A stretch of DNA of 22,514 nt from Candidatus Baldrarchaeota archaeon. GTDB taxonomy: Archaea; Asgardarchaeota; Baldrarchaeia; Baldrarchaeales; DXJG01. Below, piece after piece: positions 1 through 9,897 of this stretch (positions are counted from its first letter, which is position 1; the number at the start of each line of letters is the position of its first letter). Location of the stretch: positions 1 to 22,514 of the forward strand of contig DXJG01000008.1 of assembly GCA_019056805.1 (NCBI GenBank), given 5' to 3'. The notes under the pieces are model-generated. The model did no database searches. It was not told the origin of the DNA and saw only the letters and a program-made list of their open reading frames with translations. The position numbers and the translations under genes are program-made.

Positions 1-116
1 CAGAATATATAGATCTTATAATCACAGAAAATGGCGTAATACCACCACAGGGAGTCATATACATGTTAAAAGAGATCTACGGTTGGCCTACATTCGAAAT
101 AAAACTACTAGAATAA
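1..116 (+). CDS. 3' end (partial) of a second R15P isomerase / eIF2B-family paralog
   Basis: Frame from nt 3 reads [37 protein letters not shown], stop TAA 114-116. This matches the C-terminus of the R15Pi at 1181-2182 ([29 protein letters not shown]). Not in the ORF track. Confidence 0.88.
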   Translation, partial: EYIDLIITENGVIPPQGVIYMLKEIYGWPTFEIKLLE

Positions 117-196
117 TAAAATCTATTTTGTCTTTACACTACTTATATTTCAAGGATTTGTACATTCAAACCAGAACTCCACATTTTAAGATCGAT

Positions 197-208
197 GGAC
201 ATTGTCTA
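197..208. promoter_or_regulatory. Candidate operator GGACATTGTCTA (palindromic core GACAWTGTC) upstream of prs
   Basis: Intergenic palindrome about 35 bp upstream of a TATA-like TTTAAAT (238-244). Its reverse complement matches 15051-15062 at 11/12 and 7963-7974 at 10/12. Confidence 0.4.
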
Positions 209-288
209 TTTCGAAAAAAGAAAATTGACGAGATAATTTTAAATCACAAACTTTCTTACTTTTAATGGAGTGCTTAGGGGGAATACAT

Positions 289-2182
<1,894 letters not shown>

Positions 2183-2208
2183 AAGAAGTGTAAAGGGAGG
2201 AAAAATCC

Positions 2209-3513
2209 TTGGATGTTAAAGTAGATCAAACATTTATAGCTGCCCCCGAAGAAATAGATCCGGAAAACAATATTATTGCAACATATTATGTTGAAAGCGA
2301 GTATCCCACGATTAAAGCTGGAGAGCAAATTGCAATTGAAGAAAGTATAGGAACATGGACAGAAGTAACAACGGAAACAGAATGGATAAGGAAAAAACTA
2401 GCAGCAAAAGTATTCCAATATGAAAACAAAAACGAAGGCATAGTAAAAATAGCTTTCCCACTAGAGCTTTTTGATCCAGAGATCGGAGGAATACCAAACC
2501 TCCTTTCAATGGTTGCTGGAAATCTCTTCGGCTTGTCATCATTGAAAAACTGTAAGCTTCTTGACTTAGAAATGCCAAAAGAATATGTTAAAGTATATCC
2601 AGGGCCGAAAATAGGGTTAGAAGGAGTAAGAAAAATCGTAGGAACTCTTGAGGATAGAAGACCACACCTAGGAACTATCATAAAACCTAAAGTGGGATTA
2701 AACCCGGATCAAACAGCAAAAGTAGCTTATGAGGCAGCCATGGGCGGTGTAGATTTTATAAAAGATGACGAAACCCTTACTAGCCAAAAATTCTGTCCTT
2801 TCGAGGACAGATTAACTAAAGTATTGGAAAAATTAGATCAAGTAAGAGAAGAGACCGGAAGAACAGTATTATACGCTGTAAACATAACAGCAACCTACAA
2901 TAAGTTGCTAGAACTTGCAGACCTAGCGATAGATAACGGGGCAAACTGCTTAATGATAGATGTATTAACCACCGGGTTTTCAGCAGTACAAGTACTTGCC
3001 GAAGATCCTTCAATAAAAGTGCCTCTTCATATACATCGAGCTATGCATGCCGCATTAACACGAAACCCAAAACATGGAATTTCAATGATGGTGATTGCAA
3101 AACTTGTAAGACTCGCAGGAGGAGACCAGCTTCACACAGGAACAGCAGCAGGGAAAATGGGCGTTAAAGGAGAAGCAAAGAAAATTAGAAAAATAAATGA
3201 TTTCCTTAGATCAGATTGGCATGGCCTAAAAACAGTTTTTCCAGTAGCTTCAGGTGGTATACATCCAGGAATAGTACCTGTAAATGTAGAACTTCTAGGC
3301 AAAGATATCATAATAAATGCTGGTGGAGGAATACATGGACATCCATGGGGAACAAGATCTGGTGCAAAAGCTATGAAACAAGCAATAGAAGCAGTTACAA
3401 AGGGTATATCATTAGACGAATATGCTAAGGATCATCCAGAACTAGATGCAGCCCTCAAAAAATGGGGTCAACTTTACGTGGAAAAAGCAATTGGAGATGA
3501 AGAGCAATCATAA
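2209..3513 (+). CDS. rbcL: RuBisCO large subunit, form III (archaeal type)
   Basis: Catalytic set intact (spinach numbering): E60/T65 (EESIGTWT), N123 (AGNLFG), K175/K177 (GTIIKPK), K201/D203/E204 (IKDDE), H294/R295 (HIHRAMH), H327/K334 (LHTGTAAGKM), S379 (ASGG), G403/G404 (AGGG). TTG start with GGGAGG upstream. Confidence 0.95.
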   Translation: MDVKVDQTFIAAPEEIDPENNIIATYYVESEYPTIKAGEQIAIEESIGTWTEVTTETEWIRKKLAAKVFQYENKNEGIVKIAFPLELFDPEIGGIPNLLSMVAGNLFGLSSLKNCKLLDLEMPKEYVKVYPGPKIGLEGVRKIVGTLEDRRPHLGTIIKPKVGLNPDQTAKVAYEAAMGGVDFIKDDETLTSQKFCPFEDRLTKVLEKLDQVREETGRTVLYAVNITATYNKLLELADLAIDNGANCLMIDVLTTGFSAVQVLAEDPSIKVPLHIHRAMHAALTRNPKHGISMMVIAKLVRLAGGDQLHTGTAAGKMGVKGEAKKIRKINDFLRSDWHGLKTVFPVASGGIHPGIVPVNVELLGKDIIINAGGGIHGHPWGTRSGAKAMKQAIEAVTKGISLDEYAKDHPELDAALKKWGQLYVEKAIGDEEQS

Positions 3514-3521
3514 CATTATGA

Positions 3522-3560
3522 CAACGTAACCGTAATAACCATCATAATCATAATCATACA
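3522..3560. repeat. Low-complexity CRT/AAY trinucleotide-phase repeat
   Basis: caa cgt aac cgt aat aac cat cat aat cat aat cat aca, in the rbcL-lrp spacer. Confidence 0.6.
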
Positions 3561-3571
3561 TATATTTTATT

Positions 3572-4039
3572 ATGAATCCAGTTACAGGGGATAGAATTTT
3601 GGAAGAAGAAGAGGTTAAACTTGATGAAATAGACTTAAAAATTATAGAAATTTTACAGAAAAATGCAAGAACATCTTTTAGAGAAATTGCCAAAATGCTT
3701 AAAATTTCTCCCCAAACCGTAAGTAACAGAGTCTCCAGGCTAATTAAAGAAGGAATAATACTTGGCTTCATAACAATTACAGACCCGATGAAACTTAAGA
3801 GAGGGATATTAGCATTTCTTGAAGTAAGCGTTAGACCAGGACATAGTGAAAGGGTAGCCAGAGAAATAACAAGCTTGAAAGATGGAATTATCGTGTTTGA
3901 AACAATAGGTACCCATGACCTTATTATATATGGATTTTTCAAAGATCACAAAGACTTAGCGAATTTTGTTAATAATAAACTAGGAAAAATAAAAGAAGTA
4001 GAAAAAGTTAATATTGATTTTTGTCTCAGAAAATATTAA
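3572..4039 (+). CDS. Lrp/AsnC family transcriptional regulator
   Basis: N-terminal HTH LDEIDLKIIEILQKNARTSFREIAK..ISPQTVSNRVSRL followed by a RAM-type domain. Alternative start TTG 3599 after AGGGG. Confidence 0.93.
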   Translation: MNPVTGDRILEEEEVKLDEIDLKIIEILQKNARTSFREIAKMLKISPQTVSNRVSRLIKEGIILGFITITDPMKLKRGILAFLEVSVRPGHSERVAREITSLKDGIIVFETIGTHDLIIYGFFKDHKDLANFVNNKLGKIKEVEKVNIDFCLRKY

Positions 4040-4062
4040 TTCTTCTGATTTTACTTCAAGAT

Positions 4063-5601
4063 TTACATTTCGATTCGGCCAAGTTCTTTGTATAGTGGAA
4101 CCAACGTCAAATACAGTTTTTTGAAGAATTCGTAAAGTAATTTGTACTTTTTATGTGTTTCTTGGTTTGGAACATGTTTCTCAACAGTCCTTACAATTTC
4201 ATGAATCACGCTGAAGTCTCTAAATATTTTTACTCCTATTCCACCTGCTATAGCTGCACCTACTGCAGTTGCTTCCTCTAAAAATCGTGGAACCAAAATA
4301 TTTTTTCCGAATATGTCTGCAAGAATTTGTCTCCACAATTTACTTCTCGCTCCACCACCAATAACCCTAATGTCCTCTATTTTCCCCACTAGTTCCTCAA
4401 GAATATCAACTATAATTTTAAGATTAAAGGTAACTCCTTCGAGGACAGCACGTATTAAATGGTCTCTTCCATGACTCAGAGATAAACCGAAGAATACACC
4501 TCTAGCATATGGATTCCACCAAGGAGCTCTTTCCCCCATAAGGTATGGTAGAAAGATTAGTTTTTCAGCTCCCGGAGGTACTTTGGCTGCTTTAGAATCT
4601 AAAATGCTATAAGCATTTCCACCAGTATTTTCAGCACATATTTTTTCAAGTTTACATATTTCATCTCTTAACCATCTATATGAAGCTCCAGCTGCTTGCA
4701 TAGTTCCAATAATTAATAATTTATTTTTGTCGAGGTGCCACATATTGAAAGTTCTCATATCAGGATCAAATAAGGGAGTCTCTGTACATGTGGCGATCCA
4801 AGAAGATGCACCTATATAATTGTAAGTTTCTCTTACCTCAATTACACCAGCTCCTGCAGTTGCACATGCTCCATCACCTCCACCTACAACAACAGGAATA
4901 CCCTTGTTTAGATTCAATTCCTTTGCAACTTCTCCACTAATTTCACCAGCTACATGTGTAGACGGGTAGATGTCTGGAAGCTTTTCGCTATCGATATTTA
5001 AAGTTTCAAGAAGGAAATGTGACCATTGTCTCTTATTAACATCAAACATTCCAGTGAGAGAAGCGTCGGAAAAGTCTGTTAAAAATTGACCAGTTAACTT
5101 GCAAATTATGAAATCCTTGGATTGTAAAAATTTGTAAGCTTTTTCATATATCTGTGGCATGTTGTTTTTAAGCCAAAGTATTTTGGCAATAGGATAAGTA
5201 GGGCTATTACGGTTACCGGTGATCTTATAGAATTTCTCTTCGCCAATTTTCTGCTCGATCAATTCACTTTCTTTAATGCTTCGTTGATCCATCCATATAA
5301 TGCTACTAGTTAAGGGTTTTCCCTGTTTATCTACAGGCATACATCCCATCATTTGACCACTAAAACTTATTGCGGAAATATCGCCTGGTCTTATCTTACT
5401 TATTTTTAAGATTTGTTTAGTTGTTTCTTTAAAAGCATTCCACCAGTCTTGTGGATTTTGTTCAGCCCAGCCAGGCTTAGGATAAAAAGTAAAATACTCA
5501 AAGTACATGGCAGATACTATTTCTTCTTTTTCTACATCGAATAGAACCGCTTTATCGCCGGTTGTTCCTATATCGTGGGTTAAAATATACGGACCGGTCA
5601 T
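4063..5601 (-). CDS. FGGY-family carbohydrate kinase (xylulokinase/pentulokinase-like)
   Basis: HDIGTT, SGQMMG, WMDQRS, GGGDG, LPYLMGERAP, RAVLEG, GGGARS. ATG 5601 overlaps the upstream stop (ATGA), so it is preferred to 5613. Substrate not assignable. Confidence 0.9.
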   Translation of the reverse strand: MTGPYILTHDIGTTGDKAVLFDVEKEEIVSAMYFEYFTFYPKPGWAEQNPQDWWNAFKETTKQILKISKIRPGDISAISFSGQMMGCMPVDKQGKPLTSSIIWMDQRSIKESELIEQKIGEEKFYKITGNRNSPTYPIAKILWLKNNMPQIYEKAYKFLQSKDFIICKLTGQFLTDFSDASLTGMFDVNKRQWSHFLLETLNIDSEKLPDIYPSTHVAGEISGEVAKELNLNKGIPVVVGGGDGACATAGAGVIEVRETYNYIGASSWIATCTETPLFDPDMRTFNMWHLDKNKLLIIGTMQAAGASYRWLRDEICKLEKICAENTGGNAYSILDSKAAKVPPGAEKLIFLPYLMGERAPWWNPYARGVFFGLSLSHGRDHLIRAVLEGVTFNLKIIVDILEELVGKIEDIRVIGGGARSKLWRQILADIFGKNILVPRFLEEATAVGAAIAGGIGVKIFRDFSVIHEIVRTVEKHVPNQETHKKYKLLYEFFKKLYLTLVPLYKELGRIEM

Positions 5602-6257
5602 TTTCTCTCCCATTCAACTTTTATTTTTTCCCAACATTTGTTCATTTCTTCTATAATAGAAAGAGAATGAGGATTTTCTATCACATCACGTAAGATATCG
5701 AATTTTACCGTGGCTGCTTGTGCACCTACCTTAAAAGCATATACTACTTGCATAGCATTTTTAATGCTTGCCGCGAGAATTTCGGTTTTAACGTCGTGTT
5801 CCTTGAAGATTTTTGATATAGTTTTGACAAGTTTTAACCCCGAATGTGAAGTATTATTTACTCTACCTATAAATGGAGCAACGTAGGTTGCACCTGCAAG
5901 AGCTGCAGCTAAAGCTTGAGAAGGAGCTGTTATTGCTGTTGCGGTAGTTTTTATTCCCATGGAGGAAAGTGTTTTTATTGCTTTTATTCCTTCCATAAAA
6001 GTGGGAATTTTAACTATTATAACTGGAGAGATTTCTGATAGGGTTTGGGCGTTTTTTATTAGTTCATCAGCTGTTTTACCTTCGGCTTGTACATGAACTT
6101 CTGTTTTTACTAATTCACAGATTTTTTTAATTCTCGTAATATATTCTTCCTCTAGTTCAACTGCTATGAATGGATTAGTAGTTACGCCATAAATAATTCC
6201 GGTATCTAAGGCTTTCTGGATCTCTTTTACGTTCAAAGAATCTATATACAGTTTCAT
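5598..6257 (-). CDS. Transaldolase / fructose-6-phosphate aldolase (FSA/TalC) family protein
   Basis: Asp6 (YIDS), TTNP, Schiff-base Lys83 (IVKIP), AGATYVAPFIGR, LAASIK. GGGAGG SD upstream. Confidence 0.9.
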   Translation of the reverse strand: MKLYIDSLNVKEIQKALDTGIIYGVTTNPFIAVELEEEYITRIKKICELVKTEVHVQAEGKTADELIKNAQTLSEISPVIIVKIPTFMEGIKAIKTLSSMGIKTTATAITAPSQALAAALAGATYVAPFIGRVNNTSHSGLKLVKTISKIFKEHDVKTEILAASIKNAMQVVYAFKVGAQAATVKFDILRDVIENPHSLSIIEEMNKCWEKIKVEWERK

Positions 6258-6433
6258 GTTTCTGCCTCCCTATAACATATAATACTTGAATGTTTCAAAG
6301 GACCTCTTATTAGCTTTGCTTGATAATATCCATCTATCAGTTGTTCAATATCTCATAAACACTTATAAAAATTGAAATATAATAATTACAATAATTGAAC
6401 TTAAATTATCCTAAAAATAGGTGAGGGAGTGAA

Positions 6434-7885
6434 ATGCGAGGGCAAACATTCTCAAGAATTACTATTCTCCTATTAATAAGTAGCCTACTGCTAGCTTCGA
6501 CCAATATCACATATTTACCCAACATATCAATATCGTTCCACGCAACACCAATTACGGAAAACTCTAACACTTATACACCAGAAACTACCTATACTGGAAA
6601 CGTAATGACACCTAACACCAAAATCATTCGGGAAACCACAACCATAGAAAATAATGTTAAGAGCCCTCAAGATATTACGCCCCCTGTGATTTCTGATTAT
6701 GGACCAGAGACGTTAAGCATATGGAAAGGGGCAAAGGAGGGAGCTGATGAAAACGTAACTTACACAACGACAACACCAGTAGCATTAGTTGATTTCAGCT
6801 TTAATATCTCTGCGACAATAACCGATGATGAAGCTGGCGTTAAAAATGCAACAGTAGATTATGCAATCTACAATGGAGCCCAACTTATTGAAAGTGGAAG
6901 TAAATTAATGGTCAATGTTGGAAACGATAAATATACGGTATTAATAGGTACCTATTCAGAGAGTTACACGGTAGAATATAACATTACAGCCTATGATAAT
7001 GCTGACAACATGCAAAAAGTTTCTGGTACTTTTGTAATTGTTGAGGATGATACTCCTCCAACAATATATCTTGAAGACTACGTTGTAGGGTCGTTTGATC
7101 CATATAAGTCATGTCTACTTTTAAACGGTAACGAAACTGATTACACGTACTATGAAACGGAAAACTGGATGAGCATTATAGTAAACGATACTCTAACTGT
7201 CGATGGCGAAGAAGTTTTAGGTTCTGGTGTTGAAGCCATAATTCTCGTTTGGAGAATCGGGGCAGCTAAAACTGAAAAAATAATGTATACAAATAGTACA
7301 GGCTTTGCTCAACATAGATTTTTCGCTCCAATCACTGGTGAGTATCCTTATGGTTCAAAAATCGAGTTCTGGTTCAAAGCAATTGATGCAGCTGGAAATA
7401 TAGCGGAGTCGAAACACTTCATACTACTTGTTAAAGGTGACGATGTACCTCCAATAATTCGACATTACGAAGTTCGACCAGAAGAGCCAGAACCAGGAGA
7501 AGAAGTAACAGTCATCGTATGGGCTAGAGATAAAGATGAACCATATGACTCCTACCTAACTAAAGCTGTTCTAAAATATTCCACAGATGGAGGAGAGACA
7601 TGGAAAACAGTGGATATGGTATTACAGTCGGCAGTCGTAACAGAACCAGGATTGGAAGATACCCACAAATACATGTTACATCTACCAGGACAACCTGCAG
7701 GTACCAACGTATCAATCATAATCACCGTATATGACAACGCTGGTAACTATGCATCTGTTGAACTCTATTACATAGTAAGAAAACCGCCGATATCCTTGCC
7801 CACAACGGTTCTAATAGCCGTTACAGCCGTCGTGGTGGTCATCATAATCGCAAGCATCTTTTGGAAAAAACTATACAAAAAATAA
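6434..7885 (+). CDS. Secreted, C-terminally membrane-anchored protein with three Ig-like repeats
   Basis: N-terminal signal peptide; three modules opening with DITPP/DDTPP/DDVPP and closing with AYDNADN/AIDAAGN/VYDNAGN; C-terminal hydrophobic helix plus KKLYKK. Confidence 0.8.
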   Translation: MRGQTFSRITILLLISSLLLASTNITYLPNISISFHATPITENSNTYTPETTYTGNVMTPNTKIIRETTTIENNVKSPQDITPPVISDYGPETLSIWKGAKEGADENVTYTTTTPVALVDFSFNISATITDDEAGVKNATVDYAIYNGAQLIESGSKLMVNVGNDKYTVLIGTYSESYTVEYNITAYDNADNMQKVSGTFVIVEDDTPPTIYLEDYVVGSFDPYKSCLLLNGNETDYTYYETENWMSIIVNDTLTVDGEEVLGSGVEAIILVWRIGAAKTEKIMYTNSTGFAQHRFFAPITGEYPYGSKIEFWFKAIDAAGNIAESKHFILLVKGDDVPPIIRHYEVRPEEPEPGEEVTVIVWARDKDEPYDSYLTKAVLKYSTDGGETWKTVDMVLQSAVVTEPGLEDTHKYMLHLPGQPAGTNVSIIITVYDNAGNYASVELYYIVRKPPISLPTTVLIAVTAVVVVIIIASIFWKKLYKK

Positions 7886-7920
7886 TTTTATTAAATAATT
7901 TATTTTTATTTTAAATAATA
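7886..7920 (+). terminator. Probable T-rich archaeal terminator
   Basis: ttttattaaataatttatttttattttaaa directly after the stop codon. Confidence 0.35.
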
Positions 7921-7941
7921 ACTGCGTTGTTAAAACGTTTT

Positions 7942-8035
7942 TAGACGGTAACACCGAAAAATTAGACAATGCCAAATCTAATTGTTGACACTCACTAAAG
8001 AAAATCGGTTAATAGAGAGTTAAATTTATTAGTAA
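7942..8035 (+). promoter_or_regulatory. Promoter of the solute-binding protein gene with periodic TWGAC sites
   Basis: GAC at 7944, 7965 and 7987 (21-22 bp period); TAGACAATGCCA 7963-7974; TATA-like TTTATTAGTAA 8025-8035, identical to 9842-9852. Confidence 0.45.
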
Positions 8036-8098
8036 GGTTCTTTCAATATTTACAGTTGAAATAGTATAGCTAAACGAGTTAAATTTTAGGTGATAGAC

Positions 8099-9694
8099 GT
8101 GTCTGAGGGGAGTAAAACAAAACTGATAGGCCTTTTATTGATAATAGTTATCATAGCCGGTGTCGCCGCTGGTGTCTACTATTTCTACTATGCAAGAAAA
8201 GCCCCAACGAAGTTAACAATAATTACCTCTGCGCCACTAGTACGAGCAATATATTACTATGAAGAAGACGTAGAAACAGAACTTGGATTCGAATTAGAGG
8301 TCGTCGAAGTACCATACGGAGAAATGTACGAAAAAGTAATGACAGATGTACAAACAGGAGCAGGAAAATTTGACATCTTCCTAATTCCAAACGACTGGAT
8401 TGGAGACCTTGCAACAGGTGGCTACGTAATTCAATTAGATGACTATATTGCACAAGACGACCCAGCCTTAAACGACTACCTACCACACATAAGAGAGAAA
8501 CTAATGAAATGGGGAGGCCACTACTACTGCTTAGCCTTTGACGGAGACTGCCACATACTCTTCTACAGAAAAGACCTATGGGAAAACACAACCATCCAAC
8601 AAATGTTCCAAGACCAATACGGATATCCCTTACCTGATCCACCAAGAACATGGGACGAAGTAATTGATTGTGCAGAATTCTTCAATGGATGGGACTGGGA
8701 CGGAGACGGAGAAGTTGAATATGGAATTGGAATAAGCTGCAAGAGACATGCACAAAGCCCATGGACCGCAATAGACTTCGCAGCACCCTACACAGTCATA
8801 CCAGGTGCACCAAGCAAATACACAGGCGTATTATACTTTGACCCAGAAACCATGGAACCACTAGTCAACACTCCAGGTTGGATCAGAGGCTTTGAAAAAT
8901 TCAAAGAAATAATCCAGCATGGTCCGCCAGGAATTAAAGACTTCGACGTTAGCGATGTCAGAGCTCGATTTACACGTGGCGAACTCGCAATGGGAATCGA
9001 CTGGACAGACATGGGACCACTCTCAATAGCCGAGGACTCAGTTGTAGCAGGAAAAGTAACATTCGCCATGCTACCAGGATCCATGCAAGTATACAACAGA
9101 GAAACTGGAACCTGGGAAACAGTAGACGAGCCCAACCAAATAGCAATCTTAAACTTCGGTGGCTGGTCATTCTTCATCTCAAAATACTGCAAGAACCCAG
9201 ACCTCGCTTACAAATATATTAAATGGATGGTAATGCCAGAACACGCAAACTATCTAGCAATTGCAAAAGGAGAAACAGGAGTAAACATATTCAGATACTC
9301 ACAATTCTACGATGAAAACCCAGACCTCTGGCTAGAGGTCGGCTGGGACGAGGCTAGTGCAAGACAATACTGTGACATTATAAAGAGCATTTACGAGAAC
9401 CCATACGCTGTTTGGGACATAAGAATTCCAGGATTCCAAAGATTCTGGGATGCACTAGACACGGCAATGTCCGAAATCGCGGCTGGAACAAAAACACCGT
9501 CAGAAGCGGCTGCATGGCTATATGATGAATGGAACAGCATAATTGATGACCTAGGAAAAGACGACCTATTAGGATACTACAGAGAGGACCTAGGCTTACC
9601 ACCATTGGGAAGCTTTGTTTCACAAGTAACTATGCCACTAGTTCCATCACTAGTTACCGCAGATGTATCCCTTACATACGGCGTTAAATTCTAA
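8099..9694 (+). CDS. Carbohydrate ABC transporter extracellular solute-binding protein (family 1)
   Basis: N-terminal TM anchor; PYGEMYEK, DWIGDL, LFYRKDL, PRTWDE, GGWSFFISK. GTG 8099 follows AGGTGA (ORF track start 8090). Adjacent permeases and ATPase. Confidence 0.9.
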   Translation: MSEGSKTKLIGLLLIIVIIAGVAAGVYYFYYARKAPTKLTIITSAPLVRAIYYYEEDVETELGFELEVVEVPYGEMYEKVMTDVQTGAGKFDIFLIPNDWIGDLATGGYVIQLDDYIAQDDPALNDYLPHIREKLMKWGGHYYCLAFDGDCHILFYRKDLWENTTIQQMFQDQYGYPLPDPPRTWDEVIDCAEFFNGWDWDGDGEVEYGIGISCKRHAQSPWTAIDFAAPYTVIPGAPSKYTGVLYFDPETMEPLVNTPGWIRGFEKFKEIIQHGPPGIKDFDVSDVRARFTRGELAMGIDWTDMGPLSIAEDSVVAGKVTFAMLPGSMQVYNRETGTWETVDEPNQIAILNFGGWSFFISKYCKNPDLAYKYIKWMVMPEHANYLAIAKGETGVNIFRYSQFYDENPDLWLEVGWDEASARQYCDIIKSIYENPYAVWDIRIPGFQRFWDALDTAMSEIAAGTKTPSEAAAWLYDEWNSIIDDLGKDDLLGYYREDLGLPPLGSFVSQVTMPLVPSLVTADVSLTYGVKF

Positions 9695-9760
9695 ATTTCT
9701 AAAATATACTCTTATTTTTTTACTTCCTAGCAAGTTTTTGTACTTTTTGATTTTGCTTTA
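9695..9760 (+). terminator. T-rich terminator region after the solute-binding protein gene
   Basis: cttatttttttac, gtttttgtactttttgattttg. Confidence 0.4.
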
Positions 9761-9784
9761 ACTATCATTAAATAAATTTAACTT

Positions 9785-9852
9785 GATTTGTCATTGTAAA
9801 TAACATCGATTGACACTATAAGAACTAGAATTAAGAATAATTTTATTAGTAA
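9785..9852 (+). promoter_or_regulatory. Separate promoter for the permease/ATPase genes, sharing motifs with the SBP promoter
   Basis: GATTTGTCATTGT 9785-9797 is 12/13 identical to the reverse complement of 7966-7978; TTGACACT 9810-9817 equals 7985-7992; TTTATTAGTAA 9842-9852. Confidence 0.45.
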
Positions 9853-9897
9853 AATACCTAACTTAACTTGGCTATTTAACCATATAGGATATGGAGT

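Noticed and set aside
83-265. 60-aa plus-strand ORF in the track
   Set aside because: It overlaps the true frame of the R15Pi paralog tail and the prs promoter; TTG start and no recognisable motif.
2209-3513. Possibility that this is a RuBisCO-like protein (form IV)
   Set aside because: All key catalytic and substrate-binding residues, including N123, H327, K334 and S379, are present.
3508-3942. 144-aa antisense ORF opposite lrp
   Set aside because: Shadow of the Lrp gene; only its repeat-derived last 17 codons are noted as a low-interest finding.
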